Virus record (IMG/VR): IMGVR_UViG_3300042897_000994 | Coordinates: 96,938-160,937 of that record | Strand: one strand, 5' to 3' | DNA from: a virus | Length of the DNA stretch: 64,000 bases | Part shown: one piece after another, positions 26,212 to 36,511 of the stretch | How the letters are laid out: every line of letters starts with the position of its first letter | Position numbering within the stretch: position 1 is the stretch's first letter | The notes under the pieces: generated by a model | Database searches by the model: none | Told to the model about the DNA's origin: nothing | The model's input: only the letters and a program-made list of their open reading frames with translations | Made by a program: the position numbers and the translations under genes

Positions 26212-27108
26212 ATGAAAATAATTACAGGAGGAAGCGGACTGATAGGATCTGAATTTTCAGAGGGAATGAAATTAAAAAGTTCTGACTACGATCTAAGAAA
26301 CAGATCAGAAGTAATTAGAATGATAGGAGACTTTGCTCCTACTACTATTATACACACTGCTGCAAAGGTAGGTGGTGTCTGGGCTAATATGAATTATAAA
26401 GCCAATTTTTTCTATGATAATATTACGATGAACTCGAATATTATTCATGAAGCAGCAATGAGAAAGGTTGAAAAACTGATAGTGTTTCTTTCGACTTGTG
26501 TTTTCCCAGATTCTGTAGAATATCCTCTAGATGAAACCAAGATTCATTTAGGTCCTCCGCACTCATCGAATGATGCTTATGCTTATGCCAAAAGAATGGC
26601 AGATGTTCAAGTGAGAGCGTACAATCAACAATATGGAACCAAATATTTTTGTGTAATTCCTACTAATGTATATGGTCCACAAGATAATTACAATCTCGAA
26701 AACAGTCATGTATTGCCAGCTCTTATTCATAAATGTTATTTAGCAAAAAAGAATAATACTGACTGGGAAATTTGGGGAGACGGTACACCCTTACGAGAAT
26801 TTATTTTTTCTAGAGATGTAGCTGAAATTTGTGATCTTTTATTAGAAAAATATGAAGATGATTCTCCCGTAATTCTTTCTACTTCTTCTGAAATTTCAAT
26901 CAGAGAAGTCGCAGAGATGATTGGAAAAATTATGAACTTTAAGGGAAAAATAAAGTGGCTTTCTGATAAACCTAATGGGCAATTTAGAAAACCTTCCGAT
27001 AATTCCAAGCTATTATCGATCATAAATTATAAGTTTACTCCGCTTGATGAAGGCTTGTCAGAAACAATAGAATATTTCATACAAAATTATGAGAAGGTGA
27101 GGAAATAA
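26212..27108 (+). CDS. fcl: GDP-L-fucose synthase
   Basis: GGSGLIG, AAKVGG, STCVFP, YAYAKR, PTNVYGP.DN, SHVLPALI, WGDGTPLREF. Confidence 0.93.
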   Translation: MKIITGGSGLIGSEFSEGMKLKSSDYDLRNRSEVIRMIGDFAPTTIIHTAAKVGGVWANMNYKANFFYDNITMNSNIIHEAAMRKVEKLIVFLSTCVFPDSVEYPLDETKIHLGPPHSSNDAYAYAKRMADVQVRAYNQQYGTKYFCVIPTNVYGPQDNYNLENSHVLPALIHKCYLAKKNNTDWEIWGDGTPLREFIFSRDVAEICDLLLEKYEDDSPVILSTSSEISIREVAEMIGKIMNFKGKIKWLSDKPNGQFRKPSDNSKLLSIINYKFTPLDEGLSETIEYFIQNYEKVRK

Positions 27109-27914
27109 TGACAATACATAGAAGACAAATATTAGTTCAGAAACAAGAAACCAAAAAGATAGTTTTGCCGCACAGCAAGCTAGGAGGAAAGATATTTGTC
27201 TATACTATTTGTTGGAATGAAGAAAAGCTTCTTCCTTTCTTTATTGAACATTACTCAGAATTTGCAGATAAGATCATTATTTATGATAATGAATCTACAG
27301 ATTCTTCTGCTCAAATTATGAGCAAATATCCTAAAGTTCAGCGCAGAGAATATTCAAGTAATAATCAGATCAGAGATGATCTTTACTTAAAGATCAAAAA
27401 TAATGCATGGAAAGAAGTCAGAGGCACTGCAGACTGGGTAATTGTTTGTGATATGGACGAATTTTTTTATCATCAAAATATCCAAAACTTTTTGAACACT
27501 ACAAAGAGCAGAGGCTTTACCATTATTAAGCCGCAGGGTTATAATATGGCTTCTTTTGAATTCCCCCAGTACGGAAACCCTTTAGTAGAAACTGTTAAAA
27601 CAGGTCTGCCTTTTGATCCAGAATCAAAGATGTGTGTTTTCAACCCGGGTGTGATTAAAGAAATGAATTATACCGCAGGATGTCACTACGCAAAGCCACA
27701 AGGAAATATAAAGATTCTAGAAGACAAAGAAGCTAAACTACTACATTACAAATTTCTGGGAAGGGATAACTTCTTAAATAGAAACATTCAATATAGAGGA
27801 AGACTGAGCGAAGCAAATAAGAGAAGAGGATGGGGAGCTCACTATTTACAGTCAATGGCTGATCATGAAAGTACTTTTGATGGAACTCTGGCTCAATCTA
27901 CTCAAGTAATATGA
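27108..27914 (+). CDS. GT2-family glycosyltransferase
   Basis: ICWNEE, YDNESTD, CDMDEF, GCH, LLHYK. Confidence 0.8.
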   Translation: MTIHRRQILVQKQETKKIVLPHSKLGGKIFVYTICWNEEKLLPFFIEHYSEFADKIIIYDNESTDSSAQIMSKYPKVQRREYSSNNQIRDDLYLKIKNNAWKEVRGTADWVIVCDMDEFFYHQNIQNFLNTTKSRGFTIIKPQGYNMASFEFPQYGNPLVETVKTGLPFDPESKMCVFNPGVIKEMNYTAGCHYAKPQGNIKILEDKEAKLLHYKFLGRDNFLNRNIQYRGRLSEANKRRGWGAHYLQSMADHESTFDGTLAQSTQVI

Positions 27915-28732
27915 AATCTCAAAGAATTTCAAAAATAGAAAAAAAACCTACATTTTCTCTCCCTAGAGATTTTAATTATGAGTCGTATCATCTGCTGAAT
28001 CCAGACGTTTCTACAGGCGGCTATGTAGGAAAGGAGGGAGCCATACAACACTGGCTTGCATACGGACAGTACGAAGGTAGAAAATATAAATTTGTTCAGC
28101 CACAGAGAAGAGGGAAGATTAGTGTAATTATGCCTTCTTATTTAGGAGAATATTCTACAGAATTAACTACATCAGCCAAGAACAGAGAAACAAAATTTGA
28201 AAGAGCAGTAAATTCTTTTCTTTATCAAACCTATAGAAATTCTGAATTGATAATTATCTCAGATGGGTGTCATAGAACTTCTGACATACTTAAGAGAAGA
28301 TTTTTACGGTATCTGGGAAATCAAATTATTCTTATTTCTTTAGAAAAGCAACCCCTATTCAGTGGAGAAGTTAGAAATGCAGGATTAAGAGTAGCCACCG
28401 GCAATCTTGTCTGCTATTTAGATACTGATGACATGTTTGGAGCTAAACATTTAGATTCTCTTTCTAAGGGATTTGATTATGATTCTGATTGGTGTTTTTT
28501 TGATGACTATTTATATGACGGAAAACAAAAGACTCTTAGAAATTCTACACTAGAATACTCGAGAATCGGAACAAGTAATTTTACACACAAAAGATCAGTA
28601 TCTGTAAATTGGGCCGACGGTTATGGACATGACTATGAAACAATTATGTCTCTTATCCAATTACGACATCGAAAAATTCAAACTCCTGAATATTTTGTCT
28701 GTCATCAGACATCAATCGGTTTAGATTTTTGA
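27911..28732 (+). CDS. GT2 glycosyltransferase with N-terminal NPDV...HW...EGR module
   Basis: ISVIMPSY, IISDGC, RNAG, YLDTDD. Confidence 0.8.
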   Translation: MKSQRISKIEKKPTFSLPRDFNYESYHLLNPDVSTGGYVGKEGAIQHWLAYGQYEGRKYKFVQPQRRGKISVIMPSYLGEYSTELTTSAKNRETKFERAVNSFLYQTYRNSELIIISDGCHRTSDILKRRFLRYLGNQIILISLEKQPLFSGEVRNAGLRVATGNLVCYLDTDDMFGAKHLDSLSKGFDYDSDWCFFDDYLYDGKQKTLRNSTLEYSRIGTSNFTHKRSVSVNWADGYGHDYETIMSLIQLRHRKIQTPEYFVCHQTSIGLDF

Positions 28733-28754
28733 TAAATAAATAATAAATAATAAA

Positions 28755-29846
28755 ATGAGGTATAGTAGACAAGTTAAAGGCCAAATCCCCCAGGATTTTG
28801 ACTATAGAGACTATCTAGAGCTGAATCCAGATGTTGCAGCGGGGGGTTTTCATGGAATAGAAGGAGCAATGAGGCACTGGATTAATCATGGAATGCATGA
28901 AGGCAGACAATATAAGAAACAACAACACACCAGAAAAAATATAACCGTGCAAAAAAATTTACTTAAGCCCAAGCTGATAAGTTATTATGCAGATTTTCAG
29001 CCAGGTGACTATTACAAGAATTTTGCTATCACTCTTATCGATAGATGTAATCAGTTTGGAATTGATTTTGATATCGTAGAAAAAATTTCAAAGGGAGGTT
29101 ACAGTGCAAACTGTTTAATGAAGCCTGAATTTATTCTTGAAAAAATGATAGAATACAAGAGGGATATTCTATGGATGGACTGTGACACAGACTTTAGAGA
29201 ACCTTTTGCAGAATTTAATTATCTTTCTCAAGATATTGGATTAGCTACTCACAGTGGAGATATGAATGGAATTAAGGCATCTCCGGTTCTCTTAAACTAT
29301 ACAGAAGGCGCATTCAGAATTGTTAGAGAGTGGGTAGTTCATACAAACTCTGCACTGAGAAAGGGAATTACCGAACTTGATCACGATGCCCTAAAACACT
29401 ATGTTCTTGAAAAGTTGAAAGGGCAATATAGTACATTTCTTCTTTCTCAAAACTGGTATGATTTTGTAAATGGCCGCTACATCTATAATGGAAATAGTGC
29501 AATCTTTGAGAAAAAACAAGTTCACATAGAAGTTCAAGCAATGACAAATGAACAGAGATGGAACATATCGAGTGATGTAAAAACTTTCATATTAGATGTA
29601 AAGATAGAAGGAATGGACGGTGTAGAAATTGCTTATAATTCATTGATGAATTTTTCAAATCATTCCAGAATAAAAATCTATCTACCAGAGTCTAGTAAAG
29701 ATATTTTAGGACCTTTTGTAGGAAAAATAAAGGCAGAATCCGGTGGAGAAGTATATTATGGTCTCGCTAATGCAGGTCATAATGAAATAAAAATAGAAGT
29801 TAAAAATACTTTAGAAAAAGATTGGGACAAGCATTATGGAAATTAA
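28755..29846 (+). CDS. GT-A glycosyltransferase with the same N-terminal module
   Basis: KPEFI, WMDCD DxD; GATAAATA at 28731. Confidence 0.7.
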   Translation: MRYSRQVKGQIPQDFDYRDYLELNPDVAAGGFHGIEGAMRHWINHGMHEGRQYKKQQHTRKNITVQKNLLKPKLISYYADFQPGDYYKNFAITLIDRCNQFGIDFDIVEKISKGGYSANCLMKPEFILEKMIEYKRDILWMDCDTDFREPFAEFNYLSQDIGLATHSGDMNGIKASPVLLNYTEGAFRIVREWVVHTNSALRKGITELDHDALKHYVLEKLKGQYSTFLLSQNWYDFVNGRYIYNGNSAIFEKKQVHIEVQAMTNEQRWNISSDVKTFILDVKIEGMDGVEIAYNSLMNFSNHSRIKIYLPESSKDILGPFVGKIKAESGGEVYYGLANAGHNEIKIEVKNTLEKDWDKHYGN

Positions 29847-30675
29847 AGGTATAGGTCTTCCGTTTCCTGCAGAATATTCTTCATGTTCAAACTTATCCCC
29901 AAAGGGATTCAGATGGACTCACGGAGATTCGGCATATCACATTTACATAGATGGAGATATTGAAAAGGGTCTTCATACTCCTAAACATGCTGGAAAATAT
30001 GGATGGCTTTGCGAATCTAGAGACATTTGTGATGAAATATACGGAAAGGTAAAATCAAACACCAGTTTGTACAAAAGATTCTTTTCTGGAATATTTACAT
30101 GTGACAGAGAATTGCTGTCTGATCCTTTTTTTATTTATGCGCCTCCGGGTTCCAATTTGTCTTGGACGAAACCAAACGAAATGCAAATTTTTGAAAAGTC
30201 TAAAAGATGTTCGATGATCTCTTCTCCGAAGGATAGAACACCAGGCCACAGATTTAGATTAGAAATTGCAGCTCAACTACAACCCCACCTGGATCTTTTT
30301 GGTGGAGCTCACGGATCACCCAGAATCGGAGAAGGGGTCGGTCCGACAGGAGACTGGTGGAGATCTAAATTACCTGCTTTACAAGACTATCGTTTTTCTG
30401 TAGTTTTTGAGAATGCAGTATATGAAAAGTACTACACTGAAAAAATTACAGATTGTTTTGCAACTGGAACAATTCCAATCTACTGGGGAACAAGGTCAGT
30501 CACTGAAGATTTTAACCCAGAAGGAATAATTTTTTGGGAAGATTTTAAAGGGATCGATACTCTCACAGAAGATTTATATAATTCAAAAATAGAAGCTTTA
30601 AAAGAAAATTTAGAAAGAGTTAAAAAATTAGAATCAGCTGATGATGTTCTCTTTAAACAAATAATTAGAAGATGA
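29836..30675 (+). CDS. GT10 alpha-1,3-fucosyltransferase-like
   Basis: YRFSVVFEN...YYTEKITDCF..GTIPIYWG. Confidence 0.85.
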   Translation: MEIKGIGLPFPAEYSSCSNLSPKGFRWTHGDSAYHIYIDGDIEKGLHTPKHAGKYGWLCESRDICDEIYGKVKSNTSLYKRFFSGIFTCDRELLSDPFFIYAPPGSNLSWTKPNEMQIFEKSKRCSMISSPKDRTPGHRFRLEIAAQLQPHLDLFGGAHGSPRIGEGVGPTGDWWRSKLPALQDYRFSVVFENAVYEKYYTEKITDCFATGTIPIYWGTRSVTEDFNPEGIIFWEDFKGIDTLTEDLYNSKIEALKENLERVKKLESADDVLFKQIIRR

Positions 30676-31328
30676 AATTAAATCTCAAAAGAGTAACAGC
30701 TGTATGTATTGACGGCAGAGAAATGACTTCAGATATATTGGAAAGATACAAGCTGATTATGTCATATATGACTTCAGTTGTAGACTTTCACGAAGTAAAA
30801 TTCTTTGGTACTTTTGATCCTCAAATTCCTGATGTGCAGTTTAATCAAATAGCTCCGATGGATGTTAATGGTTACTCAAAATTCTGTATATTTAGACTGA
30901 ATGAAGTTGTAAATTCAGATTTTTGTCTCGTATTTCAAGACGATGGATTTATTGTTAATCCTGAATTATGGGAAGATGAATTTTTTAACTATGATTGGAT
31001 AGGTTCTCCTTGGCCACTATATATGGGATGGCCCAGAGAAGGTCATCAAGTAGGAAACGGAGGATTCTCTCTTAGGAGCAAAAGACTATTAGAGTGGACA
31101 TCGACAATTACTGATTGGGCCGGACAAAACGAAGACACTTTTATTGTTAGCGGAAAAAAAGAAGAACTTGAAAATCAAGGTTTGAAAATAGCCCCAGTCG
31201 AAGTTGCAACTCGCTTCTCAGTTGAAAATGAAATGACCAGAGAACACGGTCTCCATAACGTGTTTGGCTTTCATGCCAAAAATAAAATGGATTTAGCACT
31301 TGAAAAAATAAAAAAACAATTATTATGA
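30672..31328 (+). CDS. DUF5672-like putative glycosyltransferase
   Basis: LVFQDDGF, YDWIGSPW, VGNGGFSLRS, NED, FSVE, FGFH. Confidence 0.8.
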   Translation: MKLNLKRVTAVCIDGREMTSDILERYKLIMSYMTSVVDFHEVKFFGTFDPQIPDVQFNQIAPMDVNGYSKFCIFRLNEVVNSDFCLVFQDDGFIVNPELWEDEFFNYDWIGSPWPLYMGWPREGHQVGNGGFSLRSKRLLEWTSTITDWAGQNEDTFIVSGKKEELENQGLKIAPVEVATRFSVENEMTREHGLHNVFGFHAKNKMDLALEKIKKQLL

Positions 31329-32059
31329 TAAAAACACTAGCATACTACCCTATTCATTATGGAGCTGAGTATTTAGAAGCTTCAATTCAATCTATATTTG
31401 ATAATGTTGATAAAATTGTAATTCTGTACACTTCTGAACCAAGTTACGGTCATCATACTAGCGTATCGTGCCCCGAAAGCGAAGAAGAAATTAAACAAGT
31501 TGCAATGAAAGCTGCAGGAGATAAACTCGAATGGGTTATTGTCAGGGCTCACGAGGAAGGATCACACAGAGATCAAATTTGGGAATATACTAGTGGGTAT
31601 GATGTATTACTTGCAGTTGATGCTGATGAAATATGGGAGCCTTCTGAATTGACAAAGGCGATTGAAGAAACATATAACGGAAAATCTTGGAGAAGAAATG
31701 TATCAGGCTTCATAAATTTTTGGAAATCTTTTAATTGGGCATGTTATGACGGATTTTTACCGGCTAGACTTTTTAAAGTGAATGCTGAAAACAGGGATGA
31801 AGAAACTATTGGAGGAAAAATTTATCATTTCGGATATGCTCAATCTAAAAAAATAATGGATTACAAATTTGAAATTCACGGGCATAAAAACGAAATAAAA
31901 CCAGGCTGGTTAGATAATACTTATTATGCTTGGCAACCTGGAGATAAAGATATTCATCCAACATGTACAGTTTGGGGAGAAGCTATACACTTTGACAAAA
32001 ATACAATGCCCGAATGTTTAAAAAATCATCCAAATTTTAATAAAGAAATAATAAGTTAA
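31325..32059 (+). CDS. GT2-like glycosyltransferase
   Basis: VDADEIW, HFGY. Confidence 0.7.
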   Translation: MIKTLAYYPIHYGAEYLEASIQSIFDNVDKIVILYTSEPSYGHHTSVSCPESEEEIKQVAMKAAGDKLEWVIVRAHEEGSHRDQIWEYTSGYDVLLAVDADEIWEPSELTKAIEETYNGKSWRRNVSGFINFWKSFNWACYDGFLPARLFKVNAENRDEETIGGKIYHFGYAQSKKIMDYKFEIHGHKNEIKPGWLDNTYYAWQPGDKDIHPTCTVWGEAIHFDKNTMPECLKNHPNFNKEIIS

Positions 32060-32062
32060 ATC

Positions 32063-32596
32063 ATGAAAGATAAAATAAAAAAATATTCGCTGCATTGGGC
32101 ATTAGGGGGAACAAACACGAGCGGTGGACTTGAACAAAATGCATATGAACTTGAAAAGCTTTGTGAATTTATATTAGAAAAAAATATTCAAACATATACA
32201 GAAATAGGCTGTGCTGCTGGCCAATTATTAAGATTTATGAGAGATGAACTTAACCTCGATGCAGTTGGAATTACGCTAGAACCTCGAGACTCTCACGCTG
32301 ACCTACCGATAGTACATGGAAATTCAACAGATCCTGAAATTATTAAAATTGCAAAGTCCTGTGATCTTTATTTTATAGACGGAGATCATTCTTATTCAGG
32401 AGTTAAATCTGATTATTTGAATTACAAGAGTTTTTGTAAATATATGGCATTTCATGATATATTAGGACAGCGAGATTGTGAAGGCGTTTCCAAGTTTTGG
32501 AATGAAATCAAGGATCAATATGAATTTTTTGAATTTATAGATTCTAATACCGAAATAGCTAGCGGGATAGGTATAATAAAAATACAAAATATATAA
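32063..32596 (+). CDS. SAM methyltransferase (Methyltransf_24-like)
   Basis: EIGCAAG, FIDGDHSYSGV..D, FHDI. Confidence 0.8.
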   Translation: MKDKIKKYSLHWALGGTNTSGGLEQNAYELEKLCEFILEKNIQTYTEIGCAAGQLLRFMRDELNLDAVGITLEPRDSHADLPIVHGNSTDPEIIKIAKSCDLYFIDGDHSYSGVKSDYLNYKSFCKYMAFHDILGQRDCEGVSKFWNEIKDQYEFFEFIDSNTEIASGIGIIKIQNI

Positions 32597-32608
32597 ACAA
32601 TAAGCAAT

Positions 32609-33262
32609 ATGTGTAGATCATTTAATAAAAAATACTTAAGTTTTGAGTATTTTAATCTAGGAAAGTATGGAATTAGCCCCTTTGAATTAGGAATAGAATC
32701 CGAAATAATTCATCATAAAAACAAAGCTACCCTTGGTGCGTATGAGTGGCTACTAGACCTATATGGGGTACCTACTTCTTTATTTGAGATTGGAACTAAA
32801 AACGGCGGTAGCATGGTGCTTTGGGATTTAATCTTAAACTCATTCGAGTTTAATACTAAGATTGTTGGAATTGATATTAATATTGAACAACTATCGGAAT
32901 GCGCAAAAGATTATATGAAAGAGAGAGGAATATCTGTTTATAATTGTGATAGTGGTAAGGTTATTGAGTTAGAGAAAATAATAGAAGATTCTCTAGAAAA
33001 TTCTATTGATATGTTAATAGATGATGGCGCTCATACAATCGACACTATAATTCCTAATTTCAAGCATTTATGGCCTTTTATAAAAAATAATGGTGTTTAT
33101 GTGATAGAAGATTGGTCTGCTTTACACCCAGATCATAGATTACTATTGTTCAATGAATTATTCAATTATTTAATAGGATCGTGGACTGAGTCCGACACTA
33201 CTAGTGAATATCCTTTTGTTATACATTTTCATAGAAATATCATAGCTATACAAAAAAAGTAA
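32609..33262 (+). CDS. SAM methyltransferase (CmcI/sugar O-methyltransferase-like)
   Basis: EIGTKNGGS, GIDI, IDDGAH, GVYVIED. Confidence 0.8.
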   Translation: MCRSFNKKYLSFEYFNLGKYGISPFELGIESEIIHHKNKATLGAYEWLLDLYGVPTSLFEIGTKNGGSMVLWDLILNSFEFNTKIVGIDINIEQLSECAKDYMKERGISVYNCDSGKVIELEKIIEDSLENSIDMLIDDGAHTIDTIIPNFKHLWPFIKNNGVYVIEDWSALHPDHRLLLFNELFNYLIGSWTESDTTSEYPFVIHFHRNIIAIQKK

Positions 33263-33271
33263 AATTTTTAA

Positions 33272-34306
33272 ATGGAAACTGTAATTATAACCGGATCCTG
33301 TGGATTAATCGGAAGTGAAGCTGTTAAATTCTTTCACAGCCACGGATTTAAGATAATAGGAATAGACGATGATTCAAGATCTAAATTTTTTGGAAAAGAA
33401 GCAAGTACAAACGGAATGCTTTCTCAATTAAAAGACCTTGAAAATTATCAGCATCTTTCAATTAATATTTCATCGTATCAAGACTTAGAAAATAATTTAT
33501 TAGGTATTAAAGATCTAAAGATGATTATTCATACGGCTGCTCAACCTTCTCATGACTGGGCAGCAACAAATCCATTTGAAGATTTTAATACAAATGCATT
33601 AGGAACGTTAAATATGTTGGAGATAACTAGAAATTACTTTCCTGATGCAGTTTTTATTTTTACTTCTACTAATAAAGTTTATGGAGATTTACCAAATAAC
33701 ATAACGGAATATACAGAGTCTGATTCTAGATTTAATCCAACTAATCTTGAATTTCTTACTAGTGGTATAGACGAAAATCTATCAATAGATCAATGTAAAC
33801 ATTCTCTATTCGGGGTATCAAAAGCTTATGGCGATCTAATAACTCAAGAATACGGAAAATATTTTGGATTAAAAACCGGTACTTTTAGAGGAGGGTGTTT
33901 AACTGGCCAAAATCATTCGGGGGTTAAGGCACACGGATTTCTCTCTTATTTAGTAAAATGCGCAATGACAGGGGAGAAATATTATATTAACGGATATAAA
34001 GGTAAGCAAGTAAGAGACAATATTCATTCTAGCGATGTTGTTTCTGCCTTTTATGAGTTTTACAAAAATCCTAAACCTGGGGAGGTTTATAATATAGGTG
34101 GAGGAAATCTTTCAAATTGCTCAATACTAGAAGCTATTGAATTAATTTACGAAATTTCAGGTAAAAGAGTAGACTATGAATTGCTCGAAACGCCAAGAGA
34201 AGGAGACCACATTTGGTACATTAGTGATATGACAAAATTTAGAAATCATTATCCAAATTGGATCCAAAAATACGATTTAATAAAAATAATAAAAGAAATG
34301 ATATGA
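33272..34306 (+). CDS. NAD-dependent epimerase, CDP-paratose 2-epimerase-like
   Basis: ITGSCGLIG, HTAAQPSHD, STNKVYG, FGVSK, GKQVRD, YNIGGG, R.GD. Confidence 0.85.
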   Translation: METVIITGSCGLIGSEAVKFFHSHGFKIIGIDDDSRSKFFGKEASTNGMLSQLKDLENYQHLSINISSYQDLENNLLGIKDLKMIIHTAAQPSHDWAATNPFEDFNTNALGTLNMLEITRNYFPDAVFIFTSTNKVYGDLPNNITEYTESDSRFNPTNLEFLTSGIDENLSIDQCKHSLFGVSKAYGDLITQEYGKYFGLKTGTFRGGCLTGQNHSGVKAHGFLSYLVKCAMTGEKYYINGYKGKQVRDNIHSSDVVSAFYEFYKNPKPGEVYNIGGGNLSNCSILEAIELIYEISGKRVDYELLETPREGDHIWYISDMTKFRNHYPNWIQKYDLIKIIKEMI

Positions 34307-34932
34307 TTAGTATAGTTTTTCCACACGCCATGAACTCCGAAAATGATGCAGTTCTTCAATTAAAATTAAAAATGTTGGAAGAAAATTCCACCTATCCGTA
34401 TGAAATATTAATGTTATCAAATACTGGCAGGCCCGATTTAGTTTATGAATCCTGGGATTGGATGATGCGGCGTGCTAAATATGATCTTATTTTATGGGAT
34501 AATTCAGATATAATATATGCCCCAAAATTTATGGATAATATCATTAAGCATAAAGACGATGCTGATTGGTTAGGACTAGAATTAGTTGAATGTGGAGCAA
34601 TTGGAGTAGCTGACACTAACATATGTAAAGATTTTGGAAGAACTGCCAGCTCGTTTGATAGGAGCAGCTTTGAAAAATGGGTAGAAGAATATTCAAGTAA
34701 TCGCTCATCAATTCGAAACGGTTTTTGCTGGTACTCTCCTTCTGTTTGGAAAAAATCGTGGTATATTAAAATGGGAGGATTTGATTTTACCAAGCCATTT
34801 CCTCACCCCAATGATTCAGAATTTAGAGATCGATGTATAGCTGCTGGATCAACATTCGCCGTTGTTAATTCTTTTGCATATCATTTTCAACGAGCTGGAG
34901 AAAATAGAGGAGAAAAACCGGAAAGAGAATGA
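34303..34932 (+). CDS. GT2-like glycosyltransferase; start probably ATG 34303
   Basis: AKYDLILWDNSD, GGFD, D.EF, YHF. Confidence 0.65.
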   Translation: MISIVFPHAMNSENDAVLQLKLKMLEENSTYPYEILMLSNTGRPDLVYESWDWMMRRAKYDLILWDNSDIIYAPKFMDNIIKHKDDADWLGLELVECGAIGVADTNICKDFGRTASSFDRSSFEKWVEEYSSNRSSIRNGFCWYSPSVWKKSWYIKMGGFDFTKPFPHPNDSEFRDRCIAAGSTFAVVNSFAYHFQRAGENRGEKPERE

Positions 34933-35055
34933 TTTTTCGGTGAAGAAGCTCTTGTACATACCACTAGATTATCACATACACTCTGGTCCATTAATAAAAA
35001 GTTATTTGTCAAATGATAGTTTAGATTTGGACTACTAATCAATTAAAGAATTTTT

Positions 35056-35676
35056 ATGGAAGAGTCTAAAATATCAAATAACTTTTGGATAAGTAAGAAA
35101 GAATATCCAAATTATCCGTTTATCAAAGAAAGAAGAAAGTACGAATTAGACTTTCTACTGGAAAATATACCAAAAGATACCAACACTTTGTTGGATATTG
35201 GGTGCGGTGACGGATCAACAGTAATTCTCCTTAGAGAAACTACATACATAAAAGATTTTTATTGTTATGATATAGCAGAAGGTTTAATGAGTGGAAATTG
35301 GGGAGAAAGAGATTCTAAAATAATCAAAAAAACGGTAGATTTTAATATTGATCGAAGTCTTCCAGTCACTGATGTTACTATATCTATGAATATCTTTCCC
35401 TGTATTTTTGATGATGCTGTTTTAGATTCGATAATAGGAAATATTAAGTCTGATATTTTTTTAACCAGAATAACATGCGAGCATTCAGAAAGACTAACCA
35501 TAAATAAATATTCAGAAGATCTTTCCGATCACATTGCCTCGGTGTATCGAACTGTTGAAGAATATTTAGAAGTTCTTAAAAAATATTACCCCTATGTTGA
35601 ATATAGAAGATCTTTTCCGGACAAGATAGAAAGTAAGTATGGTACCAAGCAATATTTTTTTATTTGTAAAAGATGA
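35056..35676 (+). CDS. Class I SAM methyltransferase
   Basis: LLDIGCGDG. Confidence 0.75.
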   Translation: MEESKISNNFWISKKEYPNYPFIKERRKYELDFLLENIPKDTNTLLDIGCGDGSTVILLRETTYIKDFYCYDIAEGLMSGNWGERDSKIIKKTVDFNIDRSLPVTDVTISMNIFPCIFDDAVLDSIIGNIKSDIFLTRITCEHSERLTINKYSEDLSDHIASVYRTVEEYLEVLKKYYPYVEYRRSFPDKIESKYGTKQYFFICKR

Positions 35677-36074
35677 AAAGAGTTTATATTCCGGGAGTTT
35701 GGGATCTTTTTCATATCGGGCATTTGAATGTTCTAAGAGAGGCTAAAAAGTTAGGAGATTATCTCGTAGTAGGTGTATGTTCTGATGATATATGCATAAA
35801 TACTAAATGTAAGCCAATTATAAAGGAAGATTGGAGATTAGAAGTAATAGAAAATATTAAATTTGTTGATTATGCACTAGTATATAGAAACTTAGATTAT
35901 TTTCAGTATATTAAAGATCAAGAGATATCAATCTTTGCAGTCGGAGAAGAATTCGGATATCTAGAAGAACATCAAAGGGCTATCGCACTCTGTAAAGAAA
36001 ATAAGATTGAAATGGTTAAAATACCTAGATACCCTGGGATATCTTCTACTATAATAAAGGAAAAGATTTTATGA
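35673..36074 (+). CDS. Cytidylyl/adenylyltransferase (TagD/RfaE domain II-like)
   Basis: PGVWDLFHIGH, VGVCSD, R..GISSTIIK. Confidence 0.88.
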   Translation: MKRVYIPGVWDLFHIGHLNVLREAKKLGDYLVVGVCSDDICINTKCKPIIKEDWRLEVIENIKFVDYALVYRNLDYFQYIKDQEISIFAVGEEFGYLEEHQRAIALCKENKIEMVKIPRYPGISSTIIKEKIL

Positions 36075-36511
36075 ATATAGGAGCAGACTTTCATGACACA
36101 ATTTCGTACAATCCAGATTTTTTTAGGAATCTTTTTTCTTCTTGGAAATCAGGAAAGATCTATATAGTAACTGGAACTCCAGAAAAAAATAGATTAGAAA
36201 TTGAAAAAGAATTAGAAATAATGGGATTATGTGATCTTTATGATGAAATAATCTATGGATTTGAATATTCAAAAGAAAATATGGATCACAATCATTTTCT
36301 CAGAATGAGAGAACATAAATTAAATGCAGTAAAAGATAAAAAAATAGAAGTATATTTCGATGATAATCCGTATTATGTAGATTATTTGAGAAATGAAGGA
36401 ATAACAGTTTTTCAAACTATTCTTAGCGATAAATATATGCAAGAATTTGAGAAGAAAGATCCATTTTTTACTTCCAACCTACAAAGATTTCAATTCCAAT
36501 ATTTAAAATGA
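36071..36511 (+). CDS. HAD-superfamily phosphatase-like protein
   Basis: DFHDT, IVTG, K...YFDDN. Confidence 0.7.
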   Translation: MNIGADFHDTISYNPDFFRNLFSSWKSGKIYIVTGTPEKNRLEIEKELEIMGLCDLYDEIIYGFEYSKENMDHNHFLRMREHKLNAVKDKKIEVYFDDNPYYVDYLRNEGITVFQTILSDKYMQEFEKKDPFFTSNLQRFQFQYLK

